This document shows positions 8,920 to 18,700 of a DNA stretch of 40,121 bases, piece after piece. Origin of the DNA: an uncultured Rhodospirillales bacterium (GTDB lineage: Bacteria > Pseudomonadota > Alphaproteobacteria > UBA7985); contig CAXBRM010000003.1 of NCBI GenBank assembly GCA_963978305.1, positions 1 through 40,121 on the forward strand, read 5' to 3'. The translations under genes and the position numbers were made by a program. Position 1 is the stretch's first letter; each line of letters opens with the position of its first letter. The notes beneath the pieces are model-generated. The model had not been told where the DNA came from and did no database searches. It worked only from the letters and a program-made list of their open reading frames with translations.

Positions 8920-10403
8920 TTTGCGTCGGCGTTTCCACTTGAGAAAATGAAAAACGCCACGGCGGCAGCGGCGGCAGCACCACCAGCCCACACAAACCAT
9001 GGCGTATCGCTAACCGACTGTTGAATACCGCCCAGAAACCCTTGTTCCTCTGCCGCCTGATTGAGCTGCGCAAAAGCATCATTGCCAGCCAAAACGGTGT
9101 CAGTGGCTCCGTTTGATCCACTATCGGGGATAAAGACATTTGTGGCATTAAGGTTTGCCGTTTGTGGAATCCCTGATGGCTGTGCTGCCCCTAAGAACAC
9201 AGCAGCCGAAGCAGGAGCCGAGATGGGATTAGGAACGGCACCAATCGCGCCGTAACCAGAGCTATCGCTCAAACCCGAACCCATCATTGGTGACGTCTCA
9301 AAGCTTGGCGGTGTGTAAATTGTATCGCTGAAGCTTGGGGAGGCAAATGACGCTGACCCCATTGTTGGCGATGGGGCATACGTCGATGAGTTAGCGGTTA
9401 TAAAACTGTTGTCGACTGGCAGAGGCTGGCTTGACGAAACAAGAGCACTGCGGTCAGCAACCGGGTCAGACGGGCAGTTTGTCCCAACTGTTGTAAGGCC
9501 ACCAACACTGGCGATCTCGACCCGGCGATTTTGGGCGCGGCCTTCAGCAGTGTCGTTGCTCGCGATCGGCTGTTCTTCGCCGACACCAACCACACTCATG
9601 GCCTCTTCAGCAACGCCTTTACCCGCGAGATAGTCTTTAACCGCCTGAGCTCGGCGCAGCGATAAGGTCTGGTTGTAAGAAGCTGATCCTTGAGAATCAC
9701 TATGCCCGGTTAGCGTAAAAGACGCACCTGCCTTTGCAATCATCTGGGCAGCAAGCTGATCCAGAACAACAGATGCGGCAGGCTTGACCTCGGCTTGGCC
9801 AGCGTCAAAAGCGACATCGCCCGACAACCTTGCCATCACACGCCGTGCAGTCGTGTCACAAACCTGTTCAACGCCAAGTGCACCACGAGTACCGTAGGTC
9901 GGATCGGGCGCGCCGTAACCGAACACGGTACCAGCGCCAGGAATGTAGCTGAGCACTTTGCGATCGGGCGTAGCCACCACCGGGTCGTCAGGTCCCACAA
10001 ATGGCAAAACATTAACTTGTGAGGTGGCGATTGGGGCAATTTCGGTAACCACATCAGGGATGAGTGCTTGTGGATAGCCAGCAACGCGAAGGGCTGCCGG
10101 ATCGGCAAACACTTGCCCGCCATTTACCAGGAACGTCCCTGCTGAGAGTGATAGGACTCGATATTCAGGCGTTAGGATCTGCAATCCGCCATTGAGCATG
10201 ACTTGGGTCGGTAGAGTAACCGCAACCATACCATTCGAGGTCCCCGCCCCACCATCGCCGCTATAAATACCTGCGCGCATGCCGCCACTATTCAGTGTTC
10301 CGCTGGCACTAATGCTGCTCGCCTGAGCCTGGACAGCGTGCAATGTACTGACCAGGACATTGGTTACGATCATCAACGCGACCTTGAATGCTTGACCGCT
10401 CAT
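8916..10403 (-). CDS. OmpA-C-like peptidoglycan-binding domain protein with signal peptide, S/P-rich linker and C-terminal hydrophobic tail
   Basis: Motifs LSGDVAFDAGQ, GHSDSQGSASYNQTLSLRRAQAV, GEEQPIASNDTAEGRAQNRRVEI. N-terminal signal ending AQA. AAGGA SD upstream of the ATG. Confidence 0.85.
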   Translation of the reverse strand: MSGQAFKVALMIVTNVLVSTLHAVQAQASSISASGTLNSGGMRAGIYSGDGGAGTSNGMVAVTLPTQVMLNGGLQILTPEYRVLSLSAGTFLVNGGQVFADPAALRVAGYPQALIPDVVTEIAPIATSQVNVLPFVGPDDPVVATPDRKVLSYIPGAGTVFGYGAPDPTYGTRGALGVEQVCDTTARRVMARLSGDVAFDAGQAEVKPAASVVLDQLAAQMIAKAGASFTLTGHSDSQGSASYNQTLSLRRAQAVKDYLAGKGVAEEAMSVVGVGEEQPIASNDTAEGRAQNRRVEIASVGGLTTVGTNCPSDPVADRSALVSSSQPLPVDNSFITANSSTYAPSPTMGSASFASPSFSDTIYTPPSFETSPMMGSGLSDSSGYGAIGAVPNPISAPASAAVFLGAAQPSGIPQTANLNATNVFIPDSGSNGATDTVLAGNDAFAQLNQAAEEQGFLGGIQQSVSDTPWFVWAGGAAAAAAVAFFIFSSGNADAN

Positions 10404-10610
10404 GTTAAGATCCTTCGGACTGGGTAGAGTCGCATTATGTTAAACCAAAATACCCACGTTCGACAACGGGCAAATCCGCCAGCCGACGCGATTAACCAAG
10501 CTGTCGTCGGTTGACTTAAGCAAATTTTGAAGGTCTATGCCCTAAATCCGCTGTCTATCATGCGTCATTGCGCGCTTTGATTTATAAGCGGGACAGAGTA
10601 TCTCAACGCT

Positions 10611-12413
10611 ATGACTGAAATCTCCAATATTCGTAATTTTTCGATCATTGCCCACATCGACCACGGTAAATCCACTCTCGCTGACCGATTAATTCAAACA
10701 ACCGGTGGATTAAGTGACCGAGAGATGAAGGAGCAGGTGCTGGATTCCATGGAACTTGAGCGTGAGCGCGGCATCACGATCAAGGCTAACAGCGTGCGCC
10801 TGAATTACACGGCTCGAGACGGGCAAGACTATGTCTTAAATTTAATTGACACGCCAGGTCACGTTGATTTCGCTTATGAAGTCAGTCGCAGTTTGGCTGC
10901 GTGTGAAGCCAGCCTTTTGCTCGTTGATGCCAGCCAGGGTGTTGAGGCGCAAACGCTGGCCAATGTGTATCTGGCACTTGAAAACGATCATGAAATTATT
11001 CCTGTGCTCAACAAGATCGATTTGCCCGCGGCAGAACCAGAGCGAGTCAAAACCCAAATTGAAGATGTTATCGGTCTGGATGCCAGTGAAGCTTTGACTG
11101 TCAGCGGCAAAACTGGCGAGGGCGTTGAAGACGTGCTTGAAGCCATTGTTCAGCAAATGCCAGCCCCCAAAGGAAATGATGAAAGTACCACCAAAGCCAT
11201 GCTCGTCGATGCCTGGTACGATACGTACTTAGGCGTCATTTTGCTGGTCCGTGTCGTTGATGGCTATCTGCGCAAAGGCTTAAAAATGCGCATGATGTCA
11301 ACAGGCGCGAGTTACGACATTGATCGTGTTGGTGCCTTCACCCCTCACCGCATTGAACTGCCGGAACTGGGTCCTGGCGAGTTGGGTTACATAACCGCTG
11401 GCATCAAGACCGTCCGTGACTGCCAAGTTGGCGACACCATCACCGACGAACGCAAACCAGCGAATGAACCGCTCACCGGCTTCAAGCCAAGCGTGCCAGT
11501 CGTCTTCTGCGGTTTATACCCTTCTGAAGCCAGTGACTTCGAATACCTGCGAACGAGCCTGGAAAAACTAGCGCTGAATGATGCGAGCTTCCACTTTGAA
11601 ACCGAAAGCTCAGCGGCTCTAGGGTTCGGCTTCCGATGTGGATTTCTAGGTCTGTTGCACTTAGAAATCATCCAAGAAAGACTGAGCCGAGAGTTCGACT
11701 TAGACTTGGTAACGACAGCGCCCTCGGTCGTCTATGAACTGACCATGACCGACGGCACAGAGATGCTTTTGCATAACCCTGTCGACATGCCCGATGTCGT
11801 GAAAGTCAAAGAAATCCGAGAACCGTGGATTACAGCCACGATTATGACACCAGATGAATTTTTAGGACCGATTCTGAAAATTTGTGAAGAGCGACGGGGA
11901 GTTCAACAAGACCTGACCTATCTTAATGGCCGCGCGATGATTGTTTATAAATTGCCATTGAACGAGGTGGTTTTTGACTTCTACGATCGGTTGAAAAGCA
12001 TCAGCCGCGGCTATGCCAGTTTCGATTATCAAATTTCAGGCCATGAAGCCGGGGATCTGGTGAAAACCAGCATCCTCGTGAACGGCGATCCTGTCGATGC
12101 GTTGGCGATCATGGTCCATCGTAGCCAGGCTGAATATCGAGGCCGCGCCCTGTGTGAAAGACTAAAGGACCTGATCCCACGACAAATGTTCAAAATTGCG
12201 ATTCAGGCAGCGATTGGCGGGAAAGTGATCGCTCGGGAAACCGTATCTGCGCTGCGTAAAGACGTGACAGCAAAGTGCTATGGTGGTGACGCAACCCGAA
12301 AAAAGAAGCTGCTGGAAAAGCAGAAAGAAGGGAAAAAACGCATGCGTCAAATTGGGAATGTTGATATTCCCCAATCTGCGTTTATTGCAGCGCTAAAAAT
12401 GAGTGACAACTAA
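10611..12413 (+). CDS. lepA: Elongation factor 4 (LepA)
   Basis: [55 protein letters not shown]. Confidence 0.98.
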   Translation: MTEISNIRNFSIIAHIDHGKSTLADRLIQTTGGLSDREMKEQVLDSMELERERGITIKANSVRLNYTARDGQDYVLNLIDTPGHVDFAYEVSRSLAACEASLLLVDASQGVEAQTLANVYLALENDHEIIPVLNKIDLPAAEPERVKTQIEDVIGLDASEALTVSGKTGEGVEDVLEAIVQQMPAPKGNDESTTKAMLVDAWYDTYLGVILLVRVVDGYLRKGLKMRMMSTGASYDIDRVGAFTPHRIELPELGPGELGYITAGIKTVRDCQVGDTITDERKPANEPLTGFKPSVPVVFCGLYPSEASDFEYLRTSLEKLALNDASFHFETESSAALGFGFRCGFLGLLHLEIIQERLSREFDLDLVTTAPSVVYELTMTDGTEMLLHNPVDMPDVVKVKEIREPWITATIMTPDEFLGPILKICEERRGVQQDLTYLNGRAMIVYKLPLNEVVFDFYDRLKSISRGYASFDYQISGHEAGDLVKTSILVNGDPVDALAIMVHRSQAEYRGRALCERLKDLIPRQMFKIAIQAAIGGKVIARETVSALRKDVTAKCYGGDATRKKKLLEKQKEGKKRMRQIGNVDIPQSAFIAALKMSDN

Positions 12414-12459
12414 GCGAAGCTTGCCGAAAGCGACTTCCAATCTGCCATAAGGACGGCTT

Positions 12460-13377
12460 ATGAACTGGCTTTACAACCGCTTTGTGGTGCTGGGGGTGTT
12501 CGTCATCGGGATGTCACTGATCCCCTTGAACGATGCGTTGATGAAACAGCTTAGCGACAGCATACCGGTGTTTGAATTTTTAGTGATGCGTGGTGGTTTT
12601 ATGTTAATGGGCGCCCTTTGCATCCCCATGACCTACATTGCTCTGCAAGAGGTGGGTTGGCTAGGACTGCTGCAGGTGTTTTTGCGCGGCACACTTTTGG
12701 TTTTAACACTGACTTTACTGTTTTTATCGGTCAGTATGGTCAAGCTAGCCACAGCTTACGCCGTGTTTTTTACCGCACCCATGATTATTTCGCTCGCGGC
12801 CGTTCCGTTGCTTGGCGAACGACTATCAGCCGCTCGCATCATTGCCGTAGCCCTCGGTCTGATTGGTGCCATTGTCCATACCAAACCCTGGACGGGAGAA
12901 CTCTCGCCATGGCTTGGCCTCGCTGTTCTTGCCGCTTTTGTCTACGCATCCTATCAATTGGTGACCAGAATGTTGCCCCAACAGGTGAAAGTAGGTGCTG
13001 CCGTTGTTGGCTCGCAGTTAGCCATTTTGTTTTGGGGCGCACTGATTTCCTGGAGCATTTGGCAGTTTGGCTGGCAGAACGATGGTTCGGATGGCCTTAA
13101 TTTTTTGACCCGGAATTGGATAGCACCCAGTTTTGCTCAATGGGGGATTTTGGCGCTTTGCGCCGCGATTACGCTTGTTTGGACCTACGCGACGACGTTC
13201 GCTTACCGTGTTGCCGAAGCGAGTTTTGTCGCGCCTATTGAATACATCGCCTTGCCCCTTGCAGCAATATGGGGGGTGATTATGCTGGGTGAGACCCAGG
13301 ACATGGTCACGATCCTCGGTCTGATTATCATCATTATTGGCGGCTTAACCATGGCCTTTGATCGGCAGCCAAGCTAA
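12460..13377 (+). CDS. DMT/EamA family transporter
   Basis: About 10 hydrophobic segments; FTAPM...LLGER in the first repeat and AEASFVAPIEY...LGE in the second; AAGGA SD. Confidence 0.88.
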   Translation: MNWLYNRFVVLGVFVIGMSLIPLNDALMKQLSDSIPVFEFLVMRGGFMLMGALCIPMTYIALQEVGWLGLLQVFLRGTLLVLTLTLLFLSVSMVKLATAYAVFFTAPMIISLAAVPLLGERLSAARIIAVALGLIGAIVHTKPWTGELSPWLGLAVLAAFVYASYQLVTRMLPQQVKVGAAVVGSQLAILFWGALISWSIWQFGWQNDGSDGLNFLTRNWIAPSFAQWGILALCAAITLVWTYATTFAYRVAEASFVAPIEYIALPLAAIWGVIMLGETQDMVTILGLIIIIIGGLTMAFDRQPS

Positions 13378-13549
13378 TCATCACATCATTTTGCTCTCGC
13401 TCGACGCCAGTTTGAGGATATGACGACATAGGGCTTGTCGCAATTGTGCCGTTCACCGCCATATGCTTGCCTAAAATGTAAGTTCCTGTATGACGGTGTT
13501 AGGAAAGAGAAGGACCCATTTGGGTTGTCGCATAGGAATTGGATCAGCA

Positions 13550-14053
13550 ATGAATACTTTGGCGAAAAGAACCGCTCAATTCGCATTTGTCGTAGCTGTT
13601 GGTTTGGGCGCATCTGCGTGCCAAGTCGTTGATCTTAGTGACTTAGGTTGGAATCCGTTCGCGAGCAATGAAGACGTTCCGCCACCTGCTGACCCGTCAA
13701 CTGCGGCGGGGACATATGTCGGACCTGCGCCAACTGATCCCACCTCTTCAGGATTTGGCACCGGCACACTGCCAAGCAGCAGCGGAATTACGTTCATGGA
13801 CCAGACCGCGACCAGTGCAAGCAATACCAACGTAGCACCGGGCTCAGATCCGCGACCAACAGACCCCAACGCGGCACGGGCTTATGATATGATTGTGGCA
13901 CGCGCGCAGGCCGACTGTGCGGTTGCGCCTCTAATTGTGGGCTTTGGTCGTGTTAATGGTGGCTACAACGCCAACGCCTCTTGCCCGTCATCGGCTGGCA
14001 GTGGCATGACGTTTGGCATGGCACCGCAGACATTTAGCAATAACTCGTTCTAG
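13550..14053 (+). CDS. Hypothetical lipoprotein, P/S/T-rich
   Basis: MNTLAKR, then a hydrophobic stretch and lipobox-like ASA-C; AGGA upstream. The ORF fills the gap to the convergent permease. Confidence 0.7.
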   Translation: MNTLAKRTAQFAFVVAVGLGASACQVVDLSDLGWNPFASNEDVPPPADPSTAAGTYVGPAPTDPTSSGFGTGTLPSSSGITFMDQTATSASNTNVAPGSDPRPTDPNAARAYDMIVARAQADCAVAPLIVGFGRVNGGYNANASCPSSAGSGMTFGMAPQTFSNNSF

Positions 14054-14988
14054 GCAGGGTTCGCACGCTTCAGAGTTGCTAACGCGATCATTGAGGCGAG
14101 CACGGCATAGGCGCCCGTCAGGCTGATACTGCGTAGGCCGTGCCACGCTGGCAGGCCAAGCGCTGGCAAGAAGACCTCTGGTATCAAGACCATCAAAAGC
14201 ACGGTCAACAGCACGAAACCGAGCGCTACCAAGGCACTTTTTACCAGCCAGGATATCAGCGACTGAGCGCCAGCACGACCGACCAAAACAGGCGCAGCGA
14301 ACAGCACAACAGCCATAATGGCGCCAACAATGAAAAATGCCGCAAGCGCAGCCAAAGTCGCAGCCGTCAACACAAAAAATTCAAGAAAACGTGCACCCCT
14401 CGCCCCCTGGCTCTGAAAATGCGTCTCATCAAAAAACTGCTGCTGAAGTTGGCGTCTGAATAGCGGTAAGCCTAGCGCCAACCAAAAGACGGCTAACACA
14501 GAAAAATGAAAGCCCAGTGGTGCCGTTGTCAACGCATCCATCCACGCTTGTGTGTTCAACGACAACAAACCAAGCGCCTCAGGCCAAAACAAAAAATCTA
14601 ATGAGCCAAACAACACCGTATGGGCATCAAAGCCAATCTGATCCAGGCCTGTCACCACCATCAGCACAAGACCAAGGCTCAGCATGGATGGATAGGTGAC
14701 TGCCAGTGCTTGTGGTCGACTAGCGTCTAAATAACGCTCTAAAACCTGAATCAAACCGATAGTCGCAGCACTGACAAACAGTGCGCCGATCACGACACTT
14801 ATGGGATCAACTCCAGCATTGCCGCGTAAGAATGCCGCGACAATCACACCAGGCAATGTCGCGTGACTGAGCGCATCGGGGAGCATGGCTTGACGGCGCG
14901 CCGTCAGGATCACCCCGCTTAAAGCACAGCCGAGGGACAGCGGCAGGAGGACAATCAAAATCGACAGAGCAAAAATAGCACTAGCCAT
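14050..14988 (-). CDS. Mn/Zn/Fe ABC transporter permease (TroD/MntD-like)
   Basis: ABC-3 family motif RRQAMLPDALSHATLPG; LFGSL; last gene of the four-gene operon. Confidence 0.88.
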   Translation of the reverse strand: MASAIFALSILIVLLPLSLGCALSGVILTARRQAMLPDALSHATLPGVIVAAFLRGNAGVDPISVVIGALFVSAATIGLIQVLERYLDASRPQALAVTYPSMLSLGLVLMVVTGLDQIGFDAHTVLFGSLDFLFWPEALGLLSLNTQAWMDALTTAPLGFHFSVLAVFWLALGLPLFRRQLQQQFFDETHFQSQGARGARFLEFFVLTAATLAALAAFFIVGAIMAVVLFAAPVLVGRAGAQSLISWLVKSALVALGFVLLTVLLMVLIPEVFLPALGLPAWHGLRSISLTGAYAVLASMIALATLKRANPA

Positions 14989-15871
14989 AGCGTAAGTGTT
15001 GCTGCACCTTAAAAAGGATATGGCTAACGAGAAGCCAAATAAACAAAGCCAAAATAATACAGGGACCAGTGGGCAACCCTTGGGCTTCAGGACCCAGCGA
15101 TAATGCGCTGACCCAAGAGCCGGAGACCGCCCCAGCGGCGGCCGCTAATCCACTCGTCAGTGCGAGAACAGCAAATCCCCTTGATGCCCACGGCTTTGCG
15201 ATCAAATAAGGCATCGTCAACAAAGCAACCGCTAAAACCGCTCCGACCAAACGAATGCAAATAATGGTTACGACAAACAAACCGGCTGCATAGAGTGTCT
15301 CAACGAGCCATTGGCGCCCACCTGCCACCTGCCAGGCTTGAGGGTCAAATAAAAAGGCGATGATCGGTCGTCTTGCCAACCAGCCCACCATGATCAGCGA
15401 TGCGCTTAAGGCGCAACCGATCCAGACATCTGCCGATGTCAATAATGCCGCATTACCAATCAACAAGCGATCGAGACCAGAGCGCTGGGCTGGAAAATAG
15501 CCTTGCACCAGGCTCAGTAAAATTAAACCCAATCCAAAACCCAGCCCCAGCAGCACCGCCTGTATAATATCATTTCCCAACGCCCACTTGATGGTGACTT
15601 GCGTTGAAAAATAGCTGAGGGCCAGGCTCGCCAACCCTGCCGCGCCAACACCGCAAACGATGACCAAAATTTGGCTCCCAGGTGCCTCAGTAAATCCCAA
15701 AAGCTGACTAAAGATTAAGCCCAAAACCAATCCTGGCAACGTACAGTGTGCAAGAACATCGGCGTCTAAGTTGCGCGCCCGCAAGCTGACGATCGCCCCA
15801 AAAGTCCCCGCCGCAAAAGAAATAACCGCGCAGCCGAGCGCAATTGTTAGAAAGACGCTACTAAATAGCAT
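14981..15871 (-). CDS. Mn/Zn/Fe ABC transporter permease (TroC/MntC-like)
   Basis: DVLAHCTLPG, LLIGNAA, FDP, LPTGPCII; hydrophobic throughout. Confidence 0.88.
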   Translation of the reverse strand: MLFSSVFLTIALGCAVISFAAGTFGAIVSLRARNLDADVLAHCTLPGLVLGLIFSQLLGFTEAPGSQILVIVCGVGAAGLASLALSYFSTQVTIKWALGNDIIQAVLLGLGFGLGLILLSLVQGYFPAQRSGLDRLLIGNAALLTSADVWIGCALSASLIMVGWLARRPIIAFLFDPQAWQVAGGRQWLVETLYAAGLFVVTIICIRLVGAVLAVALLTMPYLIAKPWASRGFAVLALTSGLAAAAGAVSGSWVSALSLGPEAQGLPTGPCIILALFIWLLVSHILFKVQQHLRYG

Positions 15872-15877
15872 GGCGGT

Positions 15878-16675
15878 TCATCCCGCTATTGTCATCGGGT
15901 GAAACCGCTGAGATGTTTGTGCCGCCAACGGCACGGACTCCGCGGCAAAATCAACCGCCTCGCCACCAAGCATCGCCGCATGCTTCGGATTGGCCAGCAA
16001 CTGTGCAGGAGATCCGCGAGCGACTAACACCCGGTTGATCAACAAAAGCTCATCGCAAAGCTCGGTTAAAATCTCAGCACCGTGGTGTACAATAACAACG
16101 GAGCCGCCTGCCGCACGATGCTCTTTAAGGACACGGACGATTGCCCTTTGGCTCTTCGCATCAACACCCCGAAACGGCTCGTCAAGCATGAGAACTTCCG
16201 CTGCTTGCGACAAAGCTCGAGCCACCAAAGTTTTCTGCTGCTGACCGCCAGAGAGCGCCGAGAATTGCTGGTTCTCCAAACCACTCAGGCCCAATTTTTC
16301 CAGGGCTTGGTCAATGCGTGCGACTTGTGCCGCAGACCGGCGGCCCAACCACCCCAACTGAGCATACTGACCCATACCAACCACATCGCGCACGGTGATG
16401 GGAAAGCCTGTGGCAACATGCTGTTTTTGCGGTACGTATGCAAGGCGAGCAGCAGCCCGACGGAATGCTCTTTGATTTTTGTTCGACACCCCGTCGATCT
16501 CCACGCGGCCAGAGCCAGGGACAATAAGGCCGACTAGAGCCTGCATTAACGAGCTTTTGCCGGCACCATTTGGCCCGGCAATCCCAAGCATTTGACCAGG
16601 CATCACCTCTAACGACACATCAACAACAGCGTAGCGGGCACCATACTCAACACATAAGTTTTCAGCTTTAATCAT
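15878..16675 (-). CDS. Metal ABC transporter ATP-binding protein (TroB/MntB-like)
   Basis: Walker A GPNGAGKS, YVPQ, LSGGQQQ, LDEPF, H-loop VHH. Start ATG 16675 overlaps the upstream TGA (ATGA). Confidence 0.92.
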   Translation of the reverse strand: MIKAENLCVEYGARYAVVDVSLEVMPGQMLGIAGPNGAGKSSLMQALVGLIVPGSGRVEIDGVSNKNQRAFRRAAARLAYVPQKQHVATGFPITVRDVVGMGQYAQLGWLGRRSAAQVARIDQALEKLGLSGLENQQFSALSGGQQQKTLVARALSQAAEVLMLDEPFRGVDAKSQRAIVRVLKEHRAAGGSVVIVHHGAEILTELCDELLLINRVLVARGSPAQLLANPKHAAMLGGEAVDFAAESVPLAAQTSQRFHPMTIAG

Positions 16676-17622
16676 GGGCAATCTTCCAATGTTACGGCCC
16701 CCAGGGCGCAAGTAATCTCAATCGTGTTGGCCATGAGCATGCCTTCCCAGCTGTTCGCCCCCGTGCCCGCTTCACCCACGGAGTCGGTGTAAAGCGGCCC
16801 TTTGATGGAAACAGTGTGGCCTTGAGACTCCGCCGCGACAATCAGGGCTTTGACACCACGAGCCGGAACACTCGTCTCAAGGAAGACAGCAGGAATTTGC
16901 TCTGCAACGATGCGTTGAGCCAGCACTTGCACCCGCCGGACGCTCGGATCGACGTCGGTCGAAATCCCAGCCAAGCCAACAGTTTCAAGCCCGAAGGCAC
17001 GACCATAGTAACTAAACGCGTCGTGTGCCGTCACCAACGGTACGTTCACTTGCGCCGCTTCAAATCTCTGCTCGATATCAGCCGTTAATTGATCGACCAG
17101 TTGATTGACCTGATCAAGCCGGTTTACTCGCTCAGCTGAATCCCCCAACGCTTCATCCACCGCGCCAACTGCCGCACGCAGAGCATGAGCATAAATGGTG
17201 GGATCCATCCAGATATGAGGGTCGACCAGACAAGGGGGCGTATCACATTCCTTGCCCAACAAAAGCGAGACTGGGACAGAATCGCCAACAAACATCACGT
17301 TCGTCCCTCTACGATGGGTACCAATGCGCTGAAGGAGATCCGCGAACTGGACCTCTAAGCCCAGTCCAATGAACAAGATCAAATCAGCATCGATCAAAGC
17401 TTCCAAATCTGCCCGCGTCGGCACATACAGATGCGGATCGGCGCCAATATCCATGAGGGGCGCGACACTCAAGACCCCGGCATCAATTTCCGCAGCATAG
17501 AGCGCCTGCAAGGGTTGGCTGAGGACATTAACGCTCGTTACAACGCGCAGCGGCTGCGCAACAGACGGCAGCAACATCCCAGCGATAATCATGCATAGAG
17601 CAACGTTTAAATTTTTCATCAT
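16672..17622 (-). CDS. Metal ABC transporter substrate-binding protein (TroA/MntA-like)
   Basis: Cluster A-I ligands ADPHLY, DPHIW, TAHDAFSYYG, LYTDS (His/His/His/Asp, TroA-type); signal peptide. Confidence 0.92.
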   Translation of the reverse strand: MMKNLNVALCMIIAGMLLPSVAQPLRVVTSVNVLSQPLQALYAAEIDAGVLSVAPLMDIGADPHLYVPTRADLEALIDADLILFIGLGLEVQFADLLQRIGTHRRGTNVMFVGDSVPVSLLLGKECDTPPCLVDPHIWMDPTIYAHALRAAVGAVDEALGDSAERVNRLDQVNQLVDQLTADIEQRFEAAQVNVPLVTAHDAFSYYGRAFGLETVGLAGISTDVDPSVRRVQVLAQRIVAEQIPAVFLETSVPARGVKALIVAAESQGHTVSIKGPLYTDSVGEAGTGANSWEGMLMANTIEITCALGAVTLEDCP

Positions 17623-17654
17623 CGGCTTATAAGAAAAAAATTAACCATAAGCAA

Positions 17655-17680
17655 AGAAATTTAGCACAGGCTAAGTTTCT
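17655..17680. promoter_or_regulatory. MntR/DtxR-family operator upstream of the metal ABC operon
   Basis: AGAAATTTAGC-ACAG-GCTAAGTTTCT: 11-bp arms with one mismatch, 33 bp upstream of the SBP start. Closely resembles the enterobacterial MntR box AAACATAGC-N4-GCTATGTTT. Confidence 0.75.
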
Positions 17681-17760
17681 GCGTCAGTTCGTCTCAATCG
17701 AGGATTGAAAATGGGCTTTTTTGAAAACAAGTCTTCAGAATCCGGCAGCGGACCGCTTTT

Positions 17761-18594
17761 CTATTCATCGAAATAGGGCGTGAACCAGGACTCCAAGCTC
17801 TTATCAATGATCTTGAGCTGTCGGCGTAACGTCTTGGCCATTGCTGCTGATGCGTCGCCATTGACAAGCAAACCCATGCTTGAGGCGTACATTTTACGCC
17901 CCGCTACAGCGTTTTTGTCTAAGCGCTGAAATGGAAAGGTGCTGAGCGTGCCTGCCGCATGCAACCAGTTTGCCAGATCCTGGTGACGACCATCGCTTAA
18001 CTGTGGGTACCAAATGAGGCATACGGCCACATTTTTCAGCTGACTTGTTGCGTCGAGAACAGCATCAAACTCGCCTTGATTTTCATAACTTGGATCAATC
18101 AAGACAAAGGTCGCCATCTCAGGCTCAGCCTCGAGGGTTTGTACTCCGACCAAGCCGTCTGAGCAATGAACGTCAAAGCGGTCATCTTGGTCCAGGCCGT
18201 CGCTCAGAGCCGAGAATTCCTGGGGATGCAAATCGTGTAGCCGTGCGACGTCCGTGCGGCGCAAAACCCGCCGCGCAATCGCCGGACTGCCCGGGTACCA
18301 TCTTAAAGCCTCGAGGGTCTTAGCCTTTGAGAATTCCAGAACAAATTTGCGGTAGTGGTTCAACGGCCCTGTCACATCACCGGCAGCCGCTAAACGCGCA
18401 ATGCCCTGACGCCATTCGCCAGTTTTGTTTGCCTCAAAGCCTTGTAAATCGTAGCGTCCTCGACCTGCGTGGCTTTCCACATAGCGCAGCCTGGGCCAGG
18501 CTTTGAGACATATGCGCAAAGCCGCTAGCAACACCGTGTGCTTATGAACATCGGCCAAGTTGCCAGCATGATAGGCGTGTTGATAGCTGAGCAT
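17761..18594 (-). CDS. rlmJ: 23S rRNA m6A2030 methyltransferase
   Basis: MLSYQHAYHAGNLADVHKH, ESHAGRGRYDL, YPGSP, IDPSYE, IWYP. Confidence 0.92.
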   Translation of the reverse strand: MLSYQHAYHAGNLADVHKHTVLLAALRICLKAWPRLRYVESHAGRGRYDLQGFEANKTGEWRQGIARLAAAGDVTGPLNHYRKFVLEFSKAKTLEALRWYPGSPAIARRVLRRTDVARLHDLHPQEFSALSDGLDQDDRFDVHCSDGLVGVQTLEAEPEMATFVLIDPSYENQGEFDAVLDATSQLKNVAVCLIWYPQLSDGRHQDLANWLHAAGTLSTFPFQRLDKNAVAGRKMYASSMGLLVNGDASAAMAKTLRRQLKIIDKSLESWFTPYFDE

Positions 18595-18635
18595 CTGAAG
18601 ATAAACGTATAAAACGACGGTTCGGCTGTTGATTC

Positions 18636-18673
18636 AAAAGCGAGGGGCAGCGACTCTCGTCACCGCCCCTCGT
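18636..18673 (-). terminator. Intrinsic terminator of the porin gene
   Basis: Minus strand ACGAGGGGCGGTGAC-GAGA-GTCGCTGCCCCTCGC then TTTT, about 30 nt after the porin stop. Confidence 0.75.
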
Positions 18674-18700
18674 GATACTGGTGTGTGTTGACGAAAGCGA

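Noticed and set aside
10418-10445. TTATGTTAAA resembling the XerD arm of dif
   Set aside because: No XerC-like arm 6 bp upstream.
10404-10520. Possible CtrA sites upstream of the OmpA gene
   Set aside because: Only isolated TTAA/TTAACC half-sites; no TTAA-N7-TTAA spacing.
17623-17760. yybP-ykoY manganese riboswitch upstream of the metal ABC operon
   Set aside because: Only about 30 nt between operator and start codon, and no riboswitch core recognised.
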